Below the pieces are notes generated by a model, which did no database searches, was not told the origin of the DNA, and was given only the letters and a program-made list of their open reading frames with translations. From contig OZ241857.1 in NCBI GenBank assembly GCA_965203315.1, positions 1,632,001-1,696,000 of the forward strand: DNA of 64,000 nt, in the 5' to 3' direction. Both the position numbers and the translations under genes were made by a program. How positions within the stretch are numbered: position 1 is the stretch's first letter; each line of letters starts with the position of its first letter. The stretch is from Nitrosopumilus sp. (GTDB lineage Archaea; Thermoproteota; Nitrososphaeria; Nitrososphaerales; Nitrosopumilaceae). Shown here piece after piece: positions 52,437 through 63,108 of this stretch.

Positions 52437-53885
52437 ATGTCTAACATGACTCCAGTCAAGATAGATGCCAATCAGTACGAGATCCAAGCCGACTCTAATC
52501 TAGGTATGAAGGTACCGGTAAGAATCTATGCTGATGATCTTTTATTACAAAAGATGCTATCTGATCGAACTATACTCCAAGCACGTAACGTAGCATCGAT
52601 TCCAGGAATTTTGGGTCATAGCGTTGTTCTGCCTGACGGACACGAAGGATACGGCTTTCCAGTAGGCGGTGTTGCGGCAATGGATGCAGAGGAGGGAATG
52701 ATCAGTCCAGGTGGTGTAGGTTATGATATCAACTGTGGTGTACGATTGATCACATCCACGCTAGACGAGAATACCGTCCGCCCAAAACTTGGAGATCTGG
52801 TGAGTGATCTATTCAAGTCTATTCCTTCTGGTGTAGGCTCCAAGGGTGCTGTAAAACTCGGGAATGCTGATCTAGACGAGGTTCTTGTTCGTGGCGTCAA
52901 TTGGGCTGTAGATCATGGTTTTGGTACATCTGATGATACAGATGTATGTGAAGAGAGTGGTCAGATGGATGGAGCAGATCCAGACAAGATATCTGAAAGG
53001 GCACGAAAGAGAGGACTGCCACAACTTGGAAGTCTCGGCTCAGGTAATCACTTTTTAGAGGTTCAAAAGGTCGCAGAAATTCACGATAGAGAAGCTGCAT
53101 CTAGGATGGGACTCAAAGAAGGCTCAATAACGATTCTTATCCATTGTGGCTCTCGTGGGTTTGGCCATCAAGTGTGTAGCGACTATCTACGTGTATCTGA
53201 GCAGTCTATGAAAAAGTATGGTATACATCTCGCTGACCGTGAACTCGCATGTGTTCCAAACACATCAGAAGAAGGTCACTCTTATCGAAAGGCAATGTTT
53301 GCTGCATTAAACTTTGCATGGTGTAATAGACAAATGTTGACACATTGGACTAGAAGATCATTTGAGCGAGTCTTTGGTCAAACCGAGTCAGATCTAGAGA
53401 TGAATCTCGTATATGATGTAGCACACAATATTGCAAAGATCGAGAGACACAAAGTTGATGGTAACGAACGTGACGTAGTTGTCCATCGCAAAGGCGCAAC
53501 TAGAGCATTTCCTGCCAATCGAGACGAGGTTCCTAGCAGATATCGTAGTCTTGGTCAACCTGTGTTGATTCCAGGTTCTATGGGTACATCTAGCTGGATA
53601 CTCTTGGGTCAACCGGGTTCTATGGAACTGAGCTTTGGTTCTACTGCACACGGGGCAGGTAGGACGATGTCTAGGTCCAAAGCGCGGAGAAACTATAACG
53701 AAGACAGTGTTCGTAAATCACTAAATGAGAAGGGGATCTTTATCAAGGCATTAACTAGAGACGGAATAGTGGAAGAGACACCACAAGCATACAAGGATGT
53801 CGATGCAGTAGTTAATGTCTCTCACAATCTCGGCATTGCGACCAAAGTCGCAAAACTAGTACCTATAGGTGTGATAAAGGGTTGA
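52437..53885 (+). CDS. rtcB: RNA-splicing ligase RtcB
   Basis: PDGHEGYGFPVGG, GYDINCG, GSGNHF, HCGSRG, HNIAK, HRKGATRA, HGAGR. Confidence 0.97.
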   Translation: MSNMTPVKIDANQYEIQADSNLGMKVPVRIYADDLLLQKMLSDRTILQARNVASIPGILGHSVVLPDGHEGYGFPVGGVAAMDAEEGMISPGGVGYDINCGVRLITSTLDENTVRPKLGDLVSDLFKSIPSGVGSKGAVKLGNADLDEVLVRGVNWAVDHGFGTSDDTDVCEESGQMDGADPDKISERARKRGLPQLGSLGSGNHFLEVQKVAEIHDREAASRMGLKEGSITILIHCGSRGFGHQVCSDYLRVSEQSMKKYGIHLADRELACVPNTSEEGHSYRKAMFAALNFAWCNRQMLTHWTRRSFERVFGQTESDLEMNLVYDVAHNIAKIERHKVDGNERDVVVHRKGATRAFPANRDEVPSRYRSLGQPVLIPGSMGTSSWILLGQPGSMELSFGSTAHGAGRTMSRSKARRNYNEDSVRKSLNEKGIFIKALTRDGIVEETPQAYKDVDAVVNVSHNLGIATKVAKLVPIGVIKG

Positions 53886-54289
53886 GCGAAGACTTTGAAC
53901 TAGAACGATTAAAGGCCAAGAGGCTGGCAGAGATGAAGAAGAATATTGCGTCTCAAGATACTAATCCAAGCGTCACTGAACCAAAACCAAAGACTCTCAC
54001 ACCACGTGAGATACTTGTATCGCGACTTGGCTTTAGAGGTCTTGAAGTATTAGAGAATGCCGAGTCACAGTTTCCTAGGGAGACTGGTATTGTTGTGTCA
54101 CAACTAGCACACCTCCTCAAGTCTGGTGAGATCAATGAATCTATTGATGGTGGACAACTACTAGCATTGTTTCGCACAATCGGACTTGGAGTACGAGTTG
54201 CAACAAAGATCAACGTAGAACAAGATGGCAAATTTGTATCACTAGGTGACAAACTGAGAAACAAATCTAGTACCGGTGACGACGAGTGA
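53882..54289 (+). CDS. PDCD5-like double-stranded DNA-binding protein
   Basis: ELERLKAKRLAEM N-terminus; SGEINESIDGGQLL...TKINV. Confidence 0.75.
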   Translation: MSEDFELERLKAKRLAEMKKNIASQDTNPSVTEPKPKTLTPREILVSRLGFRGLEVLENAESQFPRETGIVVSQLAHLLKSGEINESIDGGQLLALFRTIGLGVRVATKINVEQDGKFVSLGDKLRNKSSTGDDE

Positions 54290-54591
54290 TAGTTCAAGTT
54301 CGTACTAGGAGATATGACGATGATCTATTGTCCATGAAAAAGTCACTCTCTCATATGGAGACACTTTTAGGAGTATACAATGGATGCAAATTTAGCGAAC
54401 CGTCATCAAAGTTTGGTTGGACATTCTTCAAGATCAACTTTTCATCAAATCTACAATCTGCTATCGAGATCAAGTTTGCCGACATGTTGTCAAAATATAG
54501 GTGGAGTAATCAGACTCAAAAGTTTGTAAAGTTTATGAATGATTATTTTAACGCACGTGGTTCTGATGTGACTCTGTCTGTATCTGACTAG
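54286..54591 (+). CDS. Hypothetical protein
   Basis: GTG start overlaps the upstream TGA; 101 aa. Confidence 0.6.
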   Translation: MIVQVRTRRYDDDLLSMKKSLSHMETLLGVYNGCKFSEPSSKFGWTFFKINFSSNLQSAIEIKFADMLSKYRWSNQTQKFVKFMNDYFNARGSDVTLSVSD

Positions 54592-55229
54592 ACCCTTCTT
54601 CCTCGTTTGCCACCCTTCTTTCTAGTTGTATCGTGAGGAATTGGTGTAACATCATCGATTCTCCCAATCTTGAATCCTCCTCTGGCAAGAGCTCGAATTG
54701 CCGCCTGTGCTCCTGGACCTGGAACTCTAGATCCTACTCCACCCACAGCTCTAACTCTGATATGAAATCCAACAAAGCCTTTTGTTCTAGCAGATTCGAT
54801 AACTTTGTTTGCTGCTTTCATTGCAGCAAAAGGTGACGATTCATATCTATCTGCTGTAACGTGGTTTCCTCCAGAACTTATTGAGACAGTCTCGCCTCCG
54901 GTTAGATCAGTCATGTGTATTATCGTATTGTTATAACTACTAAAGATGTGCGCTATTCCCCACTTTTCTTGAGTCTCTTTTTTAGGCTCTTCCTTCTCTT
55001 CTGGTTTAGCCTCAGCCTTTGGTTCTACAGGTACCTCTCTAGTAACTGACGCATCACTCTCTATAGACACATTCTCTTCTGGTTTAGCCTCAACCTTTGG
55101 TTCTACAGGTACCTCTCTAGTAACTGACGCATCACCCTCTATAGACACACTCTCTTCTGGTTTAGCCTCAACCTTTGGTTCTACAGGTACTGTAACAACC
55201 TCTGATACTACATTGTCTGTATCTGACAC
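54588..55229 (-). CDS. rps11: 30S ribosomal protein uS11 with long acidic N-terminal extension
   Basis: [43 protein letters not shown]. Start probably GTG 55229. Confidence 0.95.
   Translation of the reverse strand: MSDTDNVVSEVVTVPVEPKVEAKPEESVSIEGDASVTREVPVEPKVEAKPEENVSIESDASVTREVPVEPKAEAKPEEKEEPKKETQEKWGIAHIFSSYNNTIIHMTDLTGGETVSISSGGNHVTADRYESSPFAAMKAANKVIESARTKGFVGFHIRVRAVGGVGSRVPGPGAQAAIRALARGGFKIGRIDDVTPIPHDTTRKKGGKRGRRV
54995..55190. repeat. 78-bp tandem repeat (about 2.5 copies) within the rps11 5' region
   Basis: GGTTCTACAGGTAC at 55021, 55099 and 55177; unit [26 protein letters not shown]. Confidence 0.92.
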
Positions 55230-55394
55230 GATTATACCACTCTCTATGGGTTTAAAATACATTGTTTGATTCACGTGTAATCCATGCTTGTGGTACATAT
55301 CGGTATCAAGACAGACATGGATATCATTATGAAAAGTCATTCCAACCCATATCGTGTCTTGAGATCAGACGTACTAGTGATGTTTAGATCCCAG

Positions 55395-56324
55395 CTATCT
55401 AAAATGTCTCCAACCTGTATCGTGAATTGGTGTACCATCTTCAAGTATTACACCATCACCAGAATCGACATACCCGATCTCGATGATTGGAGTCTCGAGT
55501 GCTCTTGCACTGTTTATTATCTCTGTTCTGAATTTTAATGGCACCGTAAACACAAACTCGTACTCTTCACCTCCACCAAATACGGCGTCCATGTATCTAT
55601 CTCCTAGATGTGCTCGCATCTTTCTACCACTCGGTATCTTTGTTATGACAAACTGCTTTCCGCTCTGACGTGCCATCTCGTTTAGTGTGGTGGATAGACC
55701 GTCGCTAGAGTCCATCGATGATGTAAAATATCGGCCATTTGTTAACCCAAACTTTAATCTCGGTTTAGGTCTTGTAAAGGATTTAACAGCTCTCTCTATT
55801 CTCTCGGCTCTCTTTAACATTATGTCTAATCCTAAAGCTGTATAACCAAACGGTCCTGTCACATAAATTAGATCATCTTTTTTAGAACCGTTTCTGGGTA
55901 CAATCTCTGTAGCAATCCCAAACATGCATACAGTTAAGACAATCTCTCTTCCTTGGTTTGTGTCTCCTCCCACTATCTCTACTTTGAACTCTTTGACAGC
56001 TGCACGAAATCCTCGTGCAAGCTGCACAATCTGTTCTCGCGAGATACTCTTTGGCAAGCTTGTTGATATTATGCAGTATCTTGGTCTAACACCTTTTGCT
56101 GCAAAATCACTTATGCACGCTACAACACTCTTTCTTGCTGCATCATCTAATCTCATCGAGTCAGGAATATCTGTACTCTGAACCATGGTATCTGTCTTGA
56201 CAATCATCTTGCCATGCATCTTGCTACCAAAATTCAATACCTCCACATCTTCTGCTACAAACTCTCGTTTTGACAATCGGTCTTGAAAGGTAGTGATTAT
56301 CTCACTCTCTTCCAACTTTGGCAC
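55395..56324 (-). CDS. thiL: Thiamine-monophosphate kinase
   Basis: KTDTMV, ISDFAAKG, IVGGDTN, MDSSDGL, GGGEEYE, GWRHF. Confidence 0.92.
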   Translation of the reverse strand: MPKLEESEIITTFQDRLSKREFVAEDVEVLNFGSKMHGKMIVKTDTMVQSTDIPDSMRLDDAARKSVVACISDFAAKGVRPRYCIISTSLPKSISREQIVQLARGFRAAVKEFKVEIVGGDTNQGREIVLTVCMFGIATEIVPRNGSKKDDLIYVTGPFGYTALGLDIMLKRAERIERAVKSFTRPKPRLKFGLTNGRYFTSSMDSSDGLSTTLNEMARQSGKQFVITKIPSGRKMRAHLGDRYMDAVFGGGEEYEFVFTVPLKFRTEIINSARALETPIIEIGYVDSGDGVILEDGTPIHDTGWRHFR

Positions 56325-57591
56325 AACTCTCCTCGGTCATCGTGACCACGCTATTGACTATATCTTGACACTTTGTCGTATCGCAAGACTCGGCAGATAC
56401 TCTAATGATGTCTTCTGTATTTGATTTTCGTACCAATACCCAACTATCTTCGTCAATTATGCCCTTTAACCCATCAAGCGTATCTACTGTACTGTACATG
56501 TGCTCAAACCTATCTTGTATGTCCTCGATGACTTTATCATGTATGTTAGAATCTACTGGAATCTTTGTTCTGATCTGATGGTATCTATTCATGTATTCTA
56601 TGATATCGTTAAGCTTGTTGCTAGACATAGACGAGATCAATCCTGCTGTCAACATGCCGTCTCTACAATAGTTGAATCTCGGTAGAATAAAGCCACCACT
56701 ACTACCTTCTCCGCCAGCATCCGCGTCTATCTTTAATGAAAGATCGATTACGTTTGCTTCGCCAACCTTGGATCGATGTACGGTTCCACCATGTTCGTTT
56801 ATCATATGTTCTATTGCAATACTGGTATCGATACTTAGGACAAATTTTTTATGCCCTGTATCGAGAGCCTTTGCTACTCCTAACCCAAGTGTTACGTCAG
56901 GAGATTGTTTTATGCCCTTGTTTACAACAACTAGTCTATCTGCATCTAGATCAAATGCAAAACCAATACTCTCTTTTGCGATATCTGTCAATAACTGTAA
57001 CGAATCATTTGTAGGATCTGGTCCTCTGGATCCACTCTCTTTGTTTATTACTTTCACATTGCAACCCAACTCTAACAACAACACATCCGCAAATCCATTT
57101 GCAGCTCCTCCACCAACATCTACTACAACACTAGGTTTGTTCTCAACAGTACCTATGGTATCTATTGCATCTGATATGTACGATGATCTTGTATCTTGAT
57201 GTATTCCAATCTTGTTTGATCTTGTATCTTGATGCTGAATAATCTTTTGCAACTCGTTCTCATTTATTCCTCTGCCATTAACAATAAACTTGATTCCATT
57301 CCATTCTAAAGGGTTGTGCGATGCTGTAATTACAACTCCTGTTCCGTACCTTCTGGCTTCTCTAAATACAACTGGAGTTGGAACGACTCCTAGGCTATAC
57401 ACATCCGTACCATTCTTTAACAACGTCGCAATTGCGGTATTGTATATCATCTCTCCACTCGGGCGAGTATCTCTGCCTATTACACACTTTGATCCTGACA
57501 GTGTCCCAAAATTATTACAAAACTCTATCGTGTCTAGTAGCCCAAGATCATCTCCAAACACACCTCTTATTCCAGAAATCGTCTTCTTCAA
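56302..57591 (-). CDS. Phosphohexomutase (phosphoglucosamine/phosphomannomutase family)
   Basis: SGIRG, GRDTRPSG, ITASHNP, FDLDADR, GEGSSG, RKSNTE. Confidence 0.92.
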   Translation of the reverse strand: MKKTISGIRGVFGDDLGLLDTIEFCNNFGTLSGSKCVIGRDTRPSGEMIYNTAIATLLKNGTDVYSLGVVPTPVVFREARRYGTGVVITASHNPLEWNGIKFIVNGRGINENELQKIIQHQDTRSNKIGIHQDTRSSYISDAIDTIGTVENKPSVVVDVGGGAANGFADVLLLELGCNVKVINKESGSRGPDPTNDSLQLLTDIAKESIGFAFDLDADRLVVVNKGIKQSPDVTLGLGVAKALDTGHKKFVLSIDTSIAIEHMINEHGGTVHRSKVGEANVIDLSLKIDADAGGEGSSGGFILPRFNYCRDGMLTAGLISSMSSNKLNDIIEYMNRYHQIRTKIPVDSNIHDKVIEDIQDRFEHMYSTVDTLDGLKGIIDEDSWVLVRKSNTEDIIRVSAESCDTTKCQDIVNSVVTMTEESCAKVGRE

Positions 57592-57645
57592 TCAAAACAT
57601 TCTCCATGATGCTTTTTATTAACTCTGATGTATTTACCAAGATGT

Positions 57646-57719
57646 GCCTTGGTAGCTCAGTCTGGCAGAGCAAACGCTTCGTAAGCGTTAGGTCGCGGGT
57701 TCAAATCCCGTTCAAGGCT
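57646..57719 (+). tRNA. tRNA-Thr(CGT)
   Basis: GCCTTGG acceptor, AACGC-TTCGTAA-GCGTT anticodon arm, GGTTCAAATCCC T-arm. Confidence 0.95.
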
Positions 57720-57756
57720 CATAATACACAGACTAGAAATTAGATGATGCTTTATA

Positions 57757-58311
57757 GTGATCATGGATATGCTCAGTCGTGCAGAACTATTAGCTAAAAC
57801 ACGACATGCTGGCACGCTCAAAAGAGACGGCACAACCCCCTTTACTAGGCATCTTGAAGACGTTGTGAGCCATCTCAAAGGATTAGGTATAACAGATGAC
57901 GATCTATTGTGTGCGGGGTGGCTACATGACATTCTCGAGTATACTGATACTAGTTTCGATGACATATATGATCAATTTGGAAGTCAAGTGGCCGTAATCG
58001 TATCAACCTTGTCTAAAGACATGTCTCTTCCACGAAAGAGGCGTGAACAGGCGTATCTTGCACAACTACGTGACTCGTCATATGGTGCTAAACTTGTCAA
58101 ACTATGTGACATATCTGCAAACCTTGGCGACTTGAAAGGCTGGAATGTAAGCAGATCAAAGAAGATCAGACAAATGCGTCAAAAGAGACGGTATGCTAGT
58201 ATTATCCGAGACGAACTGATTACAAACAAGAGATATCCGAGAACGATAACTCTACTTGAGAGTATCGACCAAACTCTTAGACAATTTGGACAGAGAACCA
58301 TCCTTGTTTGA
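57757..58311 (+). CDS. HD-domain protein, Mesh1/SpoT-hydrolase-like
   Basis: RHAGTLKRDGTTPFTRHL, AGWLHDILE, VKLCDISANL. Confidence 0.85.
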   Translation: MIMDMLSRAELLAKTRHAGTLKRDGTTPFTRHLEDVVSHLKGLGITDDDLLCAGWLHDILEYTDTSFDDIYDQFGSQVAVIVSTLSKDMSLPRKRREQAYLAQLRDSSYGAKLVKLCDISANLGDLKGWNVSRSKKIRQMRQKRRYASIIRDELITNKRYPRTITLLESIDQTLRQFGQRTILV

Positions 58312-58736
58312 TTTACTATTGGTATAGTTTCTATTCATCAAATGGCTTGATATCTGACTTTCTTCCATACTCCTCAAAACTCTCGATATCCAACTCTAGT
58401 TCTTTGCCTAAACCTTTCCACCACTCATTGCCTTCTTTAATCATACTCCAATTGAGTTTCATAAAATACTCCTTTATAGATCTATCGTTTAGACATTTTT
58501 TGACTAAAAAATTAAGATTTTGACTCTTTCTGTTTTGTCTTTCGGTATATGATTATCATCAGAGCTCCTCCGGCACATATCCAAAAGACTGTAGATAATC
58601 CATGATCAACTGCGGGCCGCAAGACTCCTAGATATGCCAGCGTCATTATCACAACAAGAGATATTCCGACTAGCTCTAACTTTTTTACCATTGACTACGA
58701 ATAAAATCAAAAAGATATATGGTTTTGTAACTAGGG

Positions 58737-58955
58737 TTGGTTGATATGGACAAATATCTCAGCGTGATCCTCGTATTCATGATTATTGGCATTCCTATAT
58801 CCTTTCTTGAGCCCACTACAGGTCAGCTGCGTGATCCGCCATTTTATGCATTATTTTATGCGTCAATTGGTGGTATGTGTGTGATTATAGTATACACTTC
58901 GTATAAGAATAGACAGGAACAAAGAAAGAGTAATGCTAGACGTCGCTCAAAGTAG
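58737..58955 (+). CDS. Small two-TM membrane protein
   Basis: Two hydrophobic helices and a basic tail. Confidence 0.65.
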   Translation: MVDMDKYLSVILVFMIIGIPISFLEPTTGQLRDPPFYALFYASIGGMCVIIVYTSYKNRQEQRKSNARRRSK

Positions 58956-58956
58956 A

Positions 58957-59241
58957 TTATAATTCCAAACCAAATGATTCTGCAATACTAGCAAATTTTG
59001 CATAAGATTCTAGATACTGTTTCCCTTTTGGTGTTATGACGAAGACATGTTTGCCATCAAACTCGATCTTGTTTATGAGACCTGCACCAGTAAGATTTGT
59101 TATGAACTTTGATAGTCTTGCGTGTGGAATATTGGCTTGTGCAAGTAATGATGTAGTCTTGATGCCTCTTTGGCCAGAGTCCTTGGTAACAGTCAACAGA
59201 TCTGCCATTATATGCATACTAGATCTATATTGCATTGTCAT
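58957..59241 (-). CDS. Archaeal winged-helix transcriptional regulator
   Basis: YRSSMHIMADLL...ANI...LTGAGLI...ITPKGKQYL. Confidence 0.85.
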   Translation of the reverse strand: MTMQYRSSMHIMADLLTVTKDSGQRGIKTTSLLAQANIPHARLSKFITNLTGAGLINKIEFDGKHVFVITPKGKQYLESYAKFASIAESFGLEL

Positions 59242-59503
59242 TGTATGCTGATTCGTAATTCTAAATATAATGGTTTGTTAGTTGCTGTGTTTAGCGAATG
59301 TGATCTCTCAATGACAAGATCAAGTTGAATTTCGTATTCTTAGTATGATCTCAACCGTTCTCTTTTACCACAAGATTCTCGATTAGGGTTTACTATTTCT
59401 GATGTACATTTGTTAATTTTACCGATATGTACAACTCTTACATAACGTGCAATATGTAACAAACGTGTTATCTAATCCTGTTGACGAAATAGATGGAGTC
59501 GAT

Positions 59504-59620
59504 AAATCTTTTCGATTTACGTGGGATATATTTTCACAAGGCTTTTTCCATAGTTTTCCATCACAGAATCTTGTAGTGTTTTCATGTAACAATCCTATCC
59601 AACGTAAACAGCAAAGATCC
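59504..59620. mobile_element. Copy of the ~115-bp MITE family
   Basis: Left AAATCTTTTCGATTTACGTGGGATA; right reverse complement GGATCTTTGCTGTTTACGTTGGATA. Homologous to 39576-39693. Confidence 0.75.
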
Positions 59621-59674
59621 AAGAATAGCATCTAGCCAAAAGAGCTACTTTTTGTACAAAAAGTGTTATGTGAG

Positions 59675-60175
59675 TTATCTACGAGTATATTTAAAATCTT
59701 TAGGCATTCGGAATTCAGAGTTGTATAATTGGGTTAGAATCTCATCAACCTCATCAAAGCTTTTAATTCCTTTATCTTCCAACATTAAGATCAATCCGAT
59801 TAATCCTATGTGTTTTAGTTTTGAGTTTGATGCTAGCTTTCGTGCATCGGCATCATCTAATACACAGTAGACATTATTTTTGTATCATCCTAGTTTTAAA
59901 CAGGTCAAGATTACATCTATCTCACCCTCTTTTAATTTAGATGTGGTTAATTTGAAATTCATAATCTCTACAAATGAATTTCTTTCTGAATATGTGAGTT
60001 TACCTTCTTTGATTAGTTTTTGTACATCTATATTTGATGGCTTGGCTTCCACCTCTTTTTGAACATATTTTGGTACCACTAATTCATGTCCTAATTTTAA
60101 AATATCATCAAAGACATCTGGTCTATTGATAAGATCAAATATTCCAATCAATACAGACGCGTCTAATATCTTCAT
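59675..60175 (-). pseudogene. PIN-domain (DUF3368/VapC-like) toxin with one in-frame TGA
   Basis: MKILDASVLI...GEIDVI...KLG*YKNNVYCVLDDADARKLA...IGLIGLI... stays in frame to TAA at 59675. Confidence 0.8.
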
Positions 60176-60786
60176 AACTCTAGTTTTAACAATCCTCTGT
60201 CGAGCATCTTACGTTGCATGTCATATACTGTTTCACCCAATAGATCCCCTCCTCGTCCACCACTAAGATTTTCTTTTGCAATCATTGAAAATATGTGTTC
60301 TTCAATATCTGGTTTGAGTTTTTCATATGTTTTAGAGCCTTTGGCCATATCTGGATACTCGCAGTACATGTATGATAACATCTCTGGAATAGTTACGTCA
60401 TTTAGAGTATCTTTATAGTTGTGAAATACCCATGACATCTTTGGTTCAAGTAGGTCTGGAACTTCTGGAAATCCGCCCTTCTCTTCTCCAATGATTCTGG
60501 CGTACTCTATGCTATGTTTGGCTAATTGAATGGTATCGTCTTTTTCTACCAGTATATTCATGTGTACTAGACGCTTCAAAGTATCGTCTAAAACTACACT
60601 GTATGGGCCATCATCCTTTATTGTAAAATTACACCACTCTCTGATCTCTGGATATGGAGCACCTAACATGTACATCAAGACTTGGAGTTTCTGTCTGCCG
60701 TATATTGGCTCATCATCTACATATACTAGCAAAAGTATGTACTTTTCGAGTTCGCTGATCTCTAGAGTTGCAGTGTCTATTGCCAT
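60172..60786 (-). CDS. Putative antitoxin (YwgA/SocA-like wHTH with UPF0175-like tail)
   Basis: IYGRQKLQVLMY...GPYS motif; stop overlaps the PIN gene ATG. Confidence 0.6.
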   Translation of the reverse strand: MAIDTATLEISELEKYILLLVYVDDEPIYGRQKLQVLMYMLGAPYPEIREWCNFTIKDDGPYSVVLDDTLKRLVHMNILVEKDDTIQLAKHSIEYARIIGEEKGGFPEVPDLLEPKMSWVFHNYKDTLNDVTIPEMLSYMYCEYPDMAKGSKTYEKLKPDIEEHIFSMIAKENLSGGRGGDLLGETVYDMQRKMLDRGLLKLEL

Positions 60787-60845
60787 ACTTTTTTATCCCT
60801 CTAACGACATAAAAACATTCTGGCATTGTACCGTCATGGTACCAG

Positions 60846-60961
60846 GGATTATTCGGTTTACGTGGGACAGAATTTTTTACAGAAAAATTACTATGTGATC
60901 CTATAGTGAAAATTTAAAGACAGTCCTGTAAAATGTCATCCAACATAAACCAAAGAGATCA
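60846..60961. mobile_element. Copy of the ~115-bp MITE family (diverged)
   Basis: Left GGATTATTCGGTTTACGTGGGAC; right reverse complement TGATCTCTTTGGTTTATGTTGGATG. Confidence 0.55.
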
Positions 60962-61609
60962 CAGTCGATAAGTCCTACCAGTTGTTTCAGAAAATTTACC
61001 AATGTTTGAGATTTATTATGGTGTGTGATAACAGCGAGATATCTACAGGACAATAAAAGTTAGATTATTTTGGATAGTTGCTTTTGATACGAAACAACTA
61101 ACTGCAACTAGTCTGAAATTATGTTGGTAGATATGCATGACGATTACGTAAAGTTCGTTTTTTTGCAAGTGCCAACATGTTTTGAAGACAAGTTTGTAAT
61201 ATTCTCTACTGAATGATCTTTGGATAGTAGTTTCAAAATATTATGATATGTTTCTTCAGTCTTATCTTATGTATTATTGTATTGTTATAAAATCAAAGCG
61301 TTAGATACATCTGTATCATGATCTGTAATATAGAATCTGATTGATCTCAAAGTTGTACTAGTGAACAAATAAAACATCCACCAAAACATTCTCGTAAGAC
61401 TTTTTTATTCTTTAAAACAACATTACTAAATATGATGAACCGTGTTATATTGATCACATGTCTAGTAAACAAGACGCTAATTGTGCTTGATACTGGTAGT
61501 GAGACACATAATCGCTCACTGCACATTGTACTAGTTCTCGACTTTTTTGATACGTCAAACGAATTCGATCTACTATTCAGATAAATAACATAAAGATTAC
61601 ACACGTGTA

Positions 61610-62185
61610 ATGTCGTCTATTCCATGGTATACTGACTTTATCGGTATTGCCTATAGGTACTTTGATCTACGAATGAATATCATACCTCTCTTCACGAGTC
61701 AAACACAGTCTCTGCCATTATGGCAAGACGTAATTCATTGGTGGGTCAATCCCTCCATCAAAGTTAGATTTGTGGAGACTGGTGATGACTATTGGTTCAT
61801 TTTAGGCGCTGACTCTCAAATACCGGATAGAAATTTGGCCTTTTACAAAGTTCTACCCAAATCCGTTCATTATGAGCGCTTCAAGAAGGGACATGGCGGT
61901 GAAGCATATCTACGCTTTGGTGTATATTCAAAGATCCATCTTGTAGATGCAAAAAAGGGAATGCTTTGTGAATGTGGGCATGAGGCAGTAGATCATGATG
62001 AGGGCGATGGTGATGTGTGTCTGTATAATACATGCGACTGTAAAAGATTTGAGACGTTTCAGGTAAATATGCTCAAACGGAAGAAGACTATAACTAACAT
62101 CATGTTTCTTGATGAAGAACAAGTCAAAGACGATGCTCTTGCATGGAACTGTCTGTATCGACACAAGTATTTGAATCGTTCTTGA
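61610..62185 (+). CDS. Hypothetical protein with Cys/His metal-binding cluster
   Basis: 191 aa; CECGH...H...C....CDC. Confidence 0.75.
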   Translation: MSSIPWYTDFIGIAYRYFDLRMNIIPLFTSQTQSLPLWQDVIHWWVNPSIKVRFVETGDDYWFILGADSQIPDRNLAFYKVLPKSVHYERFKKGHGGEAYLRFGVYSKIHLVDAKKGMLCECGHEAVDHDEGDGDVCLYNTCDCKRFETFQVNMLKRKKTITNIMFLDEEQVKDDALAWNCLYRHKYLNRS

Positions 62186-62273
62186 AATACTGTATATGTG
62201 ACTCTTGTGTCATGTTTGAAAGACTATACTAACAAGGTTTCTAAAGTTCAAAACCAGTCGCACATGACATTCT

Positions 62274-62546
62274 CTAATCTTTGTTGACTCGCACATGTTC
62301 ACCAGGATAGTATTCTTTGATCTTTTTAGAGTAACAGATGCCGCAAAGTAGTCCTTTGATCTCCCACTTCATCATAGGTTTGTATTGCAGTTCTATCTTT
62401 GAACCACATATTGTACATTGATCTTTTGAATCCAAGTGATCGTAATTTGAATCATCAATATAAAAAAGATTCTCGATGCTCTGTGGACTCCTAGTACGAG
62501 GGAAAGCAACTATAATAAAAAATCTAGAATATTCGCTCTGGATCAA
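62274..62546 (-). CDS. Small Zn-finger hypothetical protein (start uncertain)
   Basis: CTICG...YKPMMKW...LCGICYSKK. Confidence 0.6.
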   Translation of the reverse strand: MIQSEYSRFFIIVAFPRTRSPQSIENLFYIDDSNYDHLDSKDQCTICGSKIELQYKPMMKWEIKGLLCGICYSKKIKEYYPGEHVRVNKD

Positions 62547-62700
62547 ATATGGATAATCTAGAATATTTGAAGAGGGTTTAGATATGCGCGGGCTAGTGGT
62601 TCAACTATCAAACATGTTTGGGATACTTGAGATAGAGTTCATGTGTTCCTAGACACACAATCGTCAAAATTATACATACCTTTTACATAATACTTGTTAC

Positions 62701-63108
62701 ATGCTCTTAAAACTATCCATTGTTTGTGGACTCGTGGTGGTGTCTATAGTTATTGGCGGTACTGTATTCATGCCAGTATCTGAGAGTACTGAAGAACTTG
62801 AATCTATAAGAGTTGATGTGGTGATGCCAACAAAAGTATCTAGACCTGGCTGTGAGATTACAGATGAATGTTATGTTCCGTCTAGTCTAGCTGTACAATC
62901 TGGCGATTCTGTTACTTGGATTAACGATGACTCTGCCTTTCACAGTGTTACCTCTGGTACATACGATACTCCATTAGAGTTGTTTGATAGTGGATATATG
63001 GATCCCTTTGAGACCTTTTCGTATACGTTTGATGATCCTGGTACATACGAGTACTATTGTACACTCCACCCGTGGATGGAAGGAGAGATCATTGTTCGGG
63101 AGAGGTGA
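62701..63108 (+). CDS. Plastocyanin/azurin-type cupredoxin
   Basis: N-terminal TM/signal; WINDDSAFHSVTSG and YYCTLHPWM copper ligands. Confidence 0.92.
   Translation: MLLKLSIVCGLVVVSIVIGGTVFMPVSESTEELESIRVDVVMPTKVSRPGCEITDECYVPSSLAVQSGDSVTWINDDSAFHSVTSGTYDTPLELFDSGYMDPFETFSYTFDDPGTYEYYCTLHPWMEGEIIVRER

Noticed and set aside
58308-58620. Possible gene between the HD protein and the small membrane protein
   Set aside because: Only broken frames on the minus strand and an antisense-like ORF on the plus strand; no recognisable family.
59885-59887. Programmed readthrough or Sec at the TGA in the PIN gene
   Set aside because: Not at a catalytic Cys position and no SECIS-like signal seen; a nonsense mutation is simpler.
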